A stretch of DNA of 62,745 nucleotides, counting the filler, from Trichosphaerium sp. ATCC 40318 (lineage: Eukaryota > Protista > Tubulinea), in assembly GCA_038496445.1 (NCBI GenBank). It is 3 parts of 3 records of this genome, joined end to end, with 100 filler letters (N's around TTAATTAATTAA, not from the genome) between each part and the next. Parts side by side here need not be neighbours in the genome. Positions count along the whole stretch, not along the records: positions 48,676 to 62,745 come from JALMLS010000415.1; 2 more parts are not named here. One strand, given 5' to 3'. Below, piece after piece: positions 53,213 through 62,745 of this stretch. Below the pieces are notes generated by a model, which did no database searches, was not told the DNA's origin, and saw only the letters and a list, made by a program, of their open reading frames with translations. Position numbers and translations under genes: made by a program. Every line of letters begins with the position of its first letter. Within the stretch, counting starts at the first letter, position 1.

Positions 53213-56200
53213 CCTACACTAGTAAGTATCGAAAAACAACCATAGGAATGATACAATGCACCACTAGTGATACAGTACGATATTCTCGTTTTTTCGTCTT
53301 GAAGACACGTACCAAAAGAAAAATAGCTCGGCGCTGTGGTGGTCAATAAATGAGAATATTGGAGACACTTGAAGAGCATGTAGCTATTATTTTATAAGTA
53401 TTCGCGTATTAGACCAATATAAGTGCGTACTAGACTCGACATCGCGTTAACCAAGGAGAAGCAGCTATCGCGACGACTATTCTAAAAAAGCCGTAGTTTT
53501 CTGCCCCAGACTACCCCAAAAGTTCTTAATTCAGCAAAGGTCTAGTGAATCAAAGTATAGCACTACGCAATAACGTTTCACAGCTTGTTTATTAAATGAA
53601 GAACACACAAAACATAAATACCAAAAAGCAAATTTCGTTACGGAGGTTTTTGTGAACAATCCCTTTCGCTGCCACTAAGCCCACAGATGACCGCGTCACC
53701 GGAAATGTTGGTGACAATTACGAGTTCCGTGCTCAAATTATCGATTAAGACTTTGTGAGGAGGTCTTTTTGCTTGTACTAACCAAAACAGTAATTCGATT
53801 CCTTGTATATTGTCGTGACTCTTACGCTTAAATTGTCACACTGCTTTGTGGACAAGTTCGTGTAAAGCACAATAACAAGGCGCACTACGCCTTGTTGGCG
53901 ACCTCAAAGCCCACTATACACCAAAAATGCGTGAAATAGGTGAGTAAAAATATGGCCAAGAAAACATGTTTAGCGCATTAGCTCTAAATATAACAGGAGA
54001 GGGTGCTTGGAGAACTCGAGGAGATTAAGTGTCTTTATTTGGGTTGATTACAGTTGACCGGCGTAAGCCAGTCCGTACATTACATCCTCCCCTTCTTTGA
54101 GTAGAGCACATAGTGAAGCGCGTGATCAATCATGGTCTTCATAGTTTCAACGTCCAAATACAGGAACCATAACTGAATCAGGCAATAAAGTACCTCACCA
54201 TTTTGAAATTTCGTATGCAAAAACTCAGTCAAAGTTGAGAACACAATCTTCCAGGAGTGCTAGTAGTTTTGCTTTTGAGTCAATATTATCAATAAAATTC
54301 TGAAAATATTCGCATCTTTTGTTGTTCGTAATGAATAACGATCCTAGGGCCAAGAGTCTAGTAAGTGGTTCTATCATCAATCACCAGGCATCTCCACGTC
54401 TGAGGGATAAAGCTTTAATTTGAAGAAGTTCCAATGAAGATTTAAGATTGTCCAAGAAACTGAAAGGTTTTCGTTTTGTTCTTTTGGGTCTTGAATAATC
54501 ATCTGTGATGTCATCGTCGTCGTCATCGTCATCATCTACAGGTTGTGCCGTTGTAATAGGAATAAGGGAGCGTGTAGTGGATAATGGTATTGTCGAGTGT
54601 GGAATGTCATTATGAATTTGAGGTACATCGTTGTAACTGTTGAGGTGGGAAGGTTTGAGGCAACTGACATTAACAACTGGATGCCAGCCGCCATCATCAT
54701 CATCTTTGTCGAGTACGTATACGAGGTCTGATACTTTAGCTGATATGGCGAATGGTCCAGTCCAATGGTGGGATAATTTTGTCGTGTGCTTGCCATGTGG
54801 CTTTGGAAGGTAAACCATAACTTGATCGCCAACTTCGTAGGTTCTGAGTGATACGTTGTTTGTTCGGTCGTGATAAGCCTTGTTATATTCGCGTCTTTTC
54901 TGGTTGTATCCTTTTGCAAGTGCTTGAGCTTTTCTGGTTCTATCGGCCAGGTCGTGAACATAGTCGCGTTTGGAAGCGTGTTGGGGAGCGAAGGTAGGCA
55001 TGGTAGATTGCATCGGTAAGTTAGCTTCGCGTCCAGTCATGAGGAGAAATGGTGACATCTTGGTTGAAGAGTGAGGAGAGAAGTTGTATGCTTGGATGCA
55101 TTGTGGTAATATTCTATCCCAGTCGAAGGAGCCACCAAGAGTGTACATAGAGAGCATTTCAATTATGGTGCGGTTAAAACGTTCGACTTGCCCGTTGGTT
55201 TGTGGGTGATATGCAGTAGTGTTGAGTTTCTTAACGCAAAACAAATTATTGATCCCTTGGATGAGAGTGCCAAGGAAATTGGCACCGCAATCGGAGAGCA
55301 GGAACTTGGGATAGCCCCATGTGCTAAAGATGTCATCTACAAGCCAACTTGCAACAGTTGGTGCTTCCTCGTCGGAGAACGCCTTAGCGCAAACCCATTT
55401 GGTGAAAAGACAAGTGACAACTACAACTTTACAGTTTCCACGTGGAGTGGTCGGTAATTTGAGTGTGTCAATTGAAACTTTTTCCCAAGGACAGGATGCA
55501 GGTGTAGCTCCTAAGGGAAAGACACGCTTGACATGCGGAGTTTTGCATGATGAGCATAATTTGCAGTTGGTGCACCATTCGCGGCAATCTCTGTTGCAGG
55601 TGGACCACCAATATCGACGGCGTACAAGAGCGAGTAGCTTCATGTACATTTGATGACCTAGGTCATCGTGAAAAGCAGCAAGTACTATTTTAATGTGCGA
55701 TTTTGGCACGCAAATCTGTACGTAACTTTCGCTGGATTCATCTTTGGAGGAAGCCCACCGTCGGCACACAAGTCCAGAAGCAGCGTCGATGAAATGAGTT
55801 TTGGCCATAGCACGTATACGTCATAGCAAAGGTTTTGAAGTTTTGACATGTCCTTTGGAAAGGAAAACGTGTAGAGGACCTAAAACTTCATCAGCGAGCT
55901 GTTCTTTAACGGAGAAAAGAGTATCAGTAGCACTTATCTTTTGTGTGTGGACGGTGTTGTCGGAGGTTGACGAGGATGAGATGTTGGCAACATCTACAAA
56001 GGGACGACAGCTAGGTCCGTCTGCATTGGCATGTTGGGTGCCAGGACGGTGGTGAACCGTATATTTGAAATCTTCCATCCTCATGATCCACCTAGCAAAT
56101 TTGGGTTTAAGATGTTTGTTCTTAAAAATCCACTTCAGAGCTTGGTGATTGGTGTAGATATGCACATCATTGTACAGCAGGTACAGCCTAAACTTATCAA

Positions 56201-56484
56201 GGGCGCGAATAATAGCTAACATTTCCCATTCTGTAGTGTTTTTATAAACTCGCTCGTGTTTTGAATGGGCTTTAGAAAAAAATGCAATGACGCGCCTTTT
56301 GCCTGTATCGTCGTCCTGTTCAAGAGTTGCACCTGAAGCATATCCAGAGCCATCCGTATACAAATGAAATGCGCGATCAAAGCGAGGTAGTGCAAGTACA
56401 GGAGTAGATGTTAGCCGCTTCTTAACATCATCAAAGGATTTGATTTGACTGTCTATCCAGGACCACTTGATGTCTTTACACAAT

Positions 56485-58553
56485 CAGTAGTAAAATAGAA
56501 ATGAGAATTTTTAAGTAATCCACCCTGTTTTCCTATGGGAAAAGTAGACGGAAAAACTCTTCCTTCATTCCCATTGAATTTATATGAAATTCCGTAAGTA
56601 TTACCCATAGAATTCTTAGAGTATTACTTTTGGAATTGTGTATGTATTTTATATAGAATTCTCTATGTATTCTTTATAGCATTTTTTAATGTATTTTTTG
56701 TAGATTTCAATAAAAAATACTTTATAAATTACACAAAATATTATTCGATACTTTGGTTCAGATTTAACGCAAAGTCATTTTATTTATTGATCATTACAAA
56801 TACAAACATCCTAAATAACACGTACAAGTTAAATACATTGTGTTTTCATAAACGAAAGAAGTAATTTGATCGCATTTGGTTTTGAGAGCCTGAACAATAA
56901 TTAATGTGTTTGTAAATGCTAAATTAAGAACGCGTAGGGTTTTTTGATAAATTAAGTGGAAATAAGCTTTAAAAACAACGTACTTGGAGTTAATGCTTTA
57001 AATACATTCTTTAATGGTGTAATAAGGCTGTTGCAATGCTTTAATCATCTTAAAACAGATAAGTAAGAGATATTTATGTTTAAGTGATTTTTCAAACCAC
57101 CTAAAACGCGTTCTCCGTTACTTTTTGGATTAACGCACTTTAACCTCAGGGCTGAAACTCAACTAGGCATTGCCTTAAAAAATGATGCATATTCCTAACA
57201 TTTGGCATTAGATGGCAAAATCAAGGCATTTGCATTTGGCAATGCCCAATAAAATAAGGCATTTTTACAAAAAGGCAATGCCTTCATCAAAAAGGCATTA
57301 ATACCAGGCATTTTTGGGCATCTTTTGGCATTGCATAAAATCAGGTAATGCCTTGTATTGCATTTTTTGGCATTGCATAAAATCAAGTAATGCCCTGTAT
57401 TGCAAGTACTTTATGCCTTTATTATGCCTTATTTTTTTAAGCAATATATGCCTTGTATTTTAATTCATATATAAGGCATTGCCTATACTATATCATAGGA
57501 CTGATCACATTAAGGAAGTGGTTTAAGGTAAGTAACAGTCAAACAACTTTTACACTTTTTTTTTCACATCACCTACTGACGTTTTATATAGACAGGCATC
57601 TAGCGCTCTTAGTAATTCATGAAATTAGACGAAACCACCGCCAAATGAACCGCAGCACCCTATTTCACCTACAACAGTAGTAGGAGTGAACTCCGCGATA
57701 TTTCCAGGACCGCGGAATTCTAACACTACAAGGTAAGTTTTTTTTTTTTTTTTTCTACACCATCTCATATTTTCTTTAAGGTTTTTCAAATGTGGACTTA
57801 GGAGTTTTGTGTATTGTATGTGTACTGTATTATAAAATAAATAGTTGTGTTATTACCTGAAAATGCCCTGGTTTATTAGGCACTGTAGACTATGATAATG
57901 CTTACTTTTTGCCTTCAAAATAAGGCATTGATGCATGAGTTATGCCCTAATTTGAAGGGCATAATTCCTAAAAATATGCAGGCAAAACCATTGCAATCTT
58001 GTGTACCAGATGCAAGCATTTTTCATCAAATATAAGGCATTTTTGGAGCAAAAAATAAGGCATTGCCCTGTATTTGCCTTTTTGAATGAGGCAAAAACTA
58101 GGCATTTTTGTAAAAAATAAGGCATTATTTGATGAAAATGCCTAGGCATTGTCCAAAAATGCCTTGTTGAGTTTCAGCCCTGCTGTACCGTTGGTTTTTT
58201 CACCTTTAATAATAGCATGTGGATATTGTTCGCTAGAAAAACCTATGTACCTAAGGTGTTGATGGTTTTTTGCAAATATAAAACTAAACCCTAACCCTAA
58301 CTTAATTTGTACTTTCATAAACCTCAACCCTAGCCCTAACCCTAACCCTAACTAAATTAGTACATTATTTGGTGGATTTTGTACAATAATTCTGAAAATT
58401 CCGTATTTAAGGGAATATTATGGTAATTCTATCAAAAATCCTGCCATAAAAAAAAATAAAAATAAGAATTCTTCACAAATTACCTTAAAAATCCCTAAAA
58501 CAAAGGAATTTAGTGGGATTTATATCCAAAATCCTGTTTTCATTTTACCACTG
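56485..58553 (-). mobile_element. Family A copy 2 (contains B copy 2)
   Basis: Reverse complement of 5183-6213; AT TSD; removal restores the pol frame QKL|LCKDIKWSW. Confidence 0.95.
57147..58182 (-). mobile_element. Family B copy 2 (uninterrupted, 1036 bp)
   Basis: TIR CAGGGCTGAAACTCAAC; CT TSD confirmed by the empty site in A copy 1 (GGTACAGGTTA at ~5547-5557). Confidence 0.95.
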
Positions 58554-60305
58554 ATAACTTTTGCATCGGTTCCGAGATCAAGGCGAAATCCTTGATGAAC
58601 TTACGGTAGTAGCCTGCAGTAGCAAGGAACGTACGAAGCTCAGAGATATTCTCCGGAGGACGACATTTAGCAATGACAGCAATCTTGTCAGGATCAGGAC
58701 GAACACCTGCAGAGGAGATAAGATGTCCAAGGTAAGAAATTTCTGTTTGAAAAAATTGACACTTTTTAAATCGTAATGTGAAACCAGAGGCTTCAATTCG
58801 ATCGAAAACAAGAATGAGAGCGAGCAAATGCTCTAAAAAGGAATTTGAATAAATTATTATGTCGTCCATATAGACGAGACAAACGTGCCAAGTTAATCCA
58901 GACAACAAGGTGTTCATAGTACGTTGGAATGTAGCAGGAGCGTTGGTTAGCCCAAAAGGCATCCGATTCCACTCGTATAAACCATCACGAGTTGCGAATG
59001 CTGTCTTGTGTTTGTCTCGTTCGTCAATGGGTATGTGCCAAAAGCCGTTGGGAGCGTCTAAAGCAGAAAAGAATTTAGCCATCTGTAAATGGTTGAGAGC
59101 GTCATTAATTTTTGGAAGAGGAAAGACGTCCCTTTTTGTAACACAATTTAAAGAGCGATAATTGATACAAAAGCGTTTTGTGCCGTCTTTCTTGAGAGCA
59201 AGTAGGACAGGAGCACTCCAGGCGCTCTTTGAAGGTCGAATGATACCATCCTTCAACAGCTGTCTGACCATATCGGCAATATACTCTGCTTGTGGGGGCG
59301 AGAATGATCGCAGAGGGACACGCACAGGACGAGCATCGCCGGTGTCTATCGAGTGAGGAGGTACATTCGCTTCAGGAGGTGCCTTAGGGTTTTTAGTAAA
59401 AATATGACTAAAATGGAATAAAAATAAAAGAAAAACTTTGTTTTCAGAATGGGTTAAATTAGAATTTTTGACAACGCCAAAGAGTCTGTCTACTTCGCGC
59501 CTGACATGTGGTGTGAAATTACGAGGGTTGAGGAGGTGTTTCATTTTTCTCAGTGCTCTGATGACTTCAGACTTGACGTGTCTGAGTTTCTCAACAGCGT
59601 TTGAGTCGAACGTAGCGAGAGCTGTGCCTTCGGGAATGGTGACGGTGTTACCAGAGAGGTTAGAGACCAACAACGGAATCCTATTACCACGTGCAACAGC
59701 CATGCCTCGAGCAATTGATATTGGTAGGTCATGATCGTGTATGGTTGACACTAAGCCTTCCTGTATGTCGTACGATTTATCCATTTGTGTCCAGATGACG
59801 CGAGGCATATCAGCGTCAGTAGGAGGAACAGTAATAGCAGAGGACGTACGTATAAAACTACGTGTGGTAGCGTAACATTCGACATGACAGGTGACAGACG
59901 GTTCCAAAGCGGTTTCTTTGAGTAGAATTTGCTGTTTTGGGAGATCAAGGACAGCACTGAAAGCGAGCAAGGCGTCCATGCCTAATATGACGTCGTGCTT
60001 GGAAGAGTCGACAACCAGGAACTGAATTGATCGAGTACGTATCCCAAGACGAACGTCTAGGTGAATGGTACCTAACACTCGTACAGCGGAGCCATCAAAA
60101 GCGTTGACAGTAGAAGGAGACGTCGTTGGTGTCATAGAATGTGTTAGTAATGAAACCATACGAGATGATAAAACTGACACTGAAGCGCCAGTGTCGAAAA
60201 GGCAAGGAAACTGTGAATTGGAAAGAAAACACGTGCCGATGAGAGGTTGTGGAGGTGCGGCCAATTTATTTTTCCGAGCGCTAGCCACAAAAGCGCCGTA
60301 GTTTA

Positions 60306-60312
60306 GTTTCCC
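60306..60312 (-). promoter_or_regulatory. -1 ribosomal frameshift slippery heptamer G GGA AAC joining gag to pol
   Basis: gag ends CAG GGA AAC TAA; the -1 frame reads GKLNYGAFVASARK into the protease ORF. Confidence 0.8.
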
Positions 60313-61679
60313 TGGTCGTAGTATGGCCAGTGAGAAGGGACAGCATACGGAGGAGCGTTGTAGTAGCCAGGAGGAGGAGGTTGAGAATAGCCATAAGCGT
60401 CGTATTCAACGTTGTTGACGTTCCAGCATTGACGTCTTTGAGGAGGGCGTTGAGGAGGGCGTCTTGGACCAAAGTGTCGAGGGCGTCTTTGATTGAAACA
60501 TTGAGACCACTGCTGTCGTTCATATTTAGCTGGTCTCTTCGGTCTGATAGGGCAATTGCGTTTGATGTGGCCTGGTTTCTTGCAATAGTAACATATGAGA
60601 TGGCCATGTTGAGGCTGGGAGGAGGGAGGAGGGGAGATGGCACTGACAGAAGGCAAAGAAGATGTAGTTGGAGGAGTGGAAGATGCCATGGAAGTTTTGC
60701 GGGCTTGAAAAGAGGCTTCCATTGCTTGAGCCAGTGAATAAGCCTTTGTGATGGTCTTTGGTTGCTGGGAGATGAGGAGAGCAAAATAATTCTTGTGAAT
60801 ACAGGTGATAAATCTGTCGAGAAGATACTTGTCTTCTGGAGCGTAACCGGCGTCGTAGGATAGGTTCTGGATCTTGTTGTAGAAATCTGCCACAGTTTCG
60901 GTATTGCGGTGAACAAGCGTACGAAGTTTCTCACGTGCGTCAGTTTCGGTCGTTGCTGGGACGTACGCTAATACCAAGGTGCATACTAGCTCATATGAAG
61001 CAGAAGAAATCGTTCATTCAGCCAACGGTTCGTCTGCGGTAGGGTCTGCAATCTGGTGCTTAGCTTCGTCATTGTACACGAGGTTTCGTGTCTTCTGAAG
61101 GGCTAAACCTGATAGATGTGAACGCAAAATGCCTTCAAACTGCTTGTCGGTCCAACTATAAGTAGTGGCGTGCCGTTTCATCGAGTTTAACCATTCGCGG
61201 ATCCCAGGCGAGTTCTTGGAAGGTGGCGCACCAGAGAAAAACAGAATACTGCTGTGGGGAAGCTGAGGGGCTGTGGCTTGGCTGGAAATGAAGTCGGTTT
61301 CGGAAACCGTGTCGGCTTTGAAGTCCTTCTGTTTGTAGAGCAATTTCAGTCGCGTGTTTCGTGCCGTTTTGATTTTGTCGAAGTCCGGTAGATAATTCCA
61401 AGGAGCTAATGTACGTTCTAGATCGCTGAGGGTGTTCATGGTGTGTTCAAATCGATTCGTGTCATCAAATATAACAGGAGAGGGTGCTTGGAGAACTCGA
61501 GGAGATTAAGTGTCTTTATTTGGGTTGATTACAGTTGACCGGCGTAAGCCAGTCCGTACATTACATAAACACCCATCCCACTACATTTTTCAGCGTAAAA
61601 AACATAATTGACATACGTCTAAACTGCAGTTTAAAAAAGTCGCGGCACACAAAACAAAACCAATAACGGAGTACGGAGT

Positions 61680-62745
61680 ATGTCTGTAAGCAAAGCGGTA
61701 TCCACGGAATGGAAGTGCGTCAAAGCGTTTTTTTTTTCAACTGTTCGATAATTTAGACAAAAAGAGTACAGCAGCTTACGCTATTACGTCCGTTGATTAA
61801 GGCTGGTTTATTGAAGGAATGTACTAACCATGCAATTTTTAACGGCTCATACGACTGGCACTCTGCAGTTCATGCTCATTGGGCACTATTCCGCATAGGT
61901 ACGCTAGTAACTATGCTGTACAAAAACTAGAAAGCTGAAACGGCATAAAGCTATTGTAATAGATGATCCTCAGTCGCACAATGAAGCCCTTGCAGTGTAT
62001 AAGCGATTTACACCAGAGACGCTGAAAAAAGGTATAGAAGAAGAGGTTTTGCTTCATTTTACTAATCCGTTTAAAAGAAACTGAGCTGCTAAACCAACAT
62101 CCTAACTTTGAGTATCCATACGGAAGAGCTTGGCTGTTGAGGCTAGCAATTGATTGTGAAAAATGGTGTCAAAAGCAAACGTGCGTTTTTGCCGACAAGT
62201 TGGTTCTCGTCTTGGCTGTGCTAACTACTGAGAAGGCTAGAAAATAACTTGAATCATACTATTCTACGGCCAATTGCATCTGGTGTTGCTGATAGTCTCA
62301 TAAAACGTATAGAAGCTCTCAATAAGATAGATCCATGCTCTGTTGAGTACAGCAATATACCTTGGGCTCTTGTACAGCTGTATGAGTTTTACGAGTTCAT
62401 TGGAAGCAAAGAGAAGATGGAAAGAGTAAAGAATATAACAACAGCGATCCTAGACAACATATCAAACTGTTCTGTGCGTGATTTTACTTCAGATCACTCC
62501 TCAGTGGAGTTCTTCTCACCCTTTGGAAACTTGGCTTATTTAATAGCTTCTGTACTCGATACAGAGCGTCTTATGGCGTTCATCAAAGAATATTGCGGAA
62601 TTGGCCAGAATCTTGATGCTTTGAAAGTTAAAGCGTCTTCTGATATGCCTGTTCATGTTTTCGGATTAAATTGGAGCCGTGCTTGGGCTTTACGGTCTCT
62701 GAGTAGACGCGTAGATGATAAAGAATTATCAGATGTCTTTGAGAG
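61680..62745 (+). CDS. DUF2891-family protein with introns, 3'-truncated by the window
   Basis: HAIFNGSYDWHSAVHAHWALFR, FEYPYGRAWLLRLA, EFFSP, FGLNWSRAWALRSL; GT-AG introns near 61899 and 62032. Confidence 0.8.

Larger units (their letters stand above)
54195..61439 (-). pseudogene. gag and pol of retrotransposon 2
   Basis: CYYCKKPGHIKRNC, FDTGA, YMDD, TDGS, HHCC, integrase core; TGA stops at 61014, 55821, 54381, 54225; split by element A. Confidence 0.95.
53989..61565 (-). mobile_element. Ty3/gypsy LTR retrotransposon 2 (defective, with nested A and B insertions)
   Basis: Identical 96-bp LTRs at 53989-54084 and 61470-61565 (TG..TA on minus strand); TSD TAAA; PPT AAAGAAGGGGAGGA; degenerate PBS TGATGACACG. 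Confidence 0.95.

Noticed and set aside
54225-61016. TGA reassignment or readthrough to explain in-frame TGAs
   Set aside because: CGA>TGA deamination is simpler and agrees with parallel Arg>Cys and Asp>Asn changes; other ORFs end normally at TGA.

Overview
AT-rich, intron-dense eukaryotic (probably protist, possibly amoebozoan) scaffold with two assembly gaps. Host genes: a Tyr/TKL kinase, an F-box/LRR protein, an F-box/GTPase-like pseudogene, an atypical Arf, an RPP21-like RNase P subunit, an F-box/ARM/SPRY protein, a TspO-like membrane protein, an EF-hand/Ubl protein, a DEP-domain protein, a fucosyltransferase and DUF2891. About half the window is nested mobile DNA. The main feature is a 13.3-kb DNA transposon (6913-20193, CAG...CTG TIRs, 2-bp TT TSD proven by an empty-site copy). 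It encodes a spliced CMC/EnSpm/Plavaka-type DDE transposase and at least three cargo genes, one with an HxD...H...R 2OG-Fe(II) dioxygenase (AlkB/TET-like) signature and one with an F-box-like motif. It sits inside a 1-kb non-autonomous CAG...CTG element. Three ~1-kb non-autonomous families (A, B, B2) also insert into each other and into two Ty3/gypsy retrotransposons with very short identical LTRs (156 and 96 bp). The TE copies show a strong CpG-to-TpG decay signature, which gives a possible rationale for a DNA-modifying cargo enzyme. Exon boundaries were read by eye and are approximate; domain calls are from motif recognition, not database searches.
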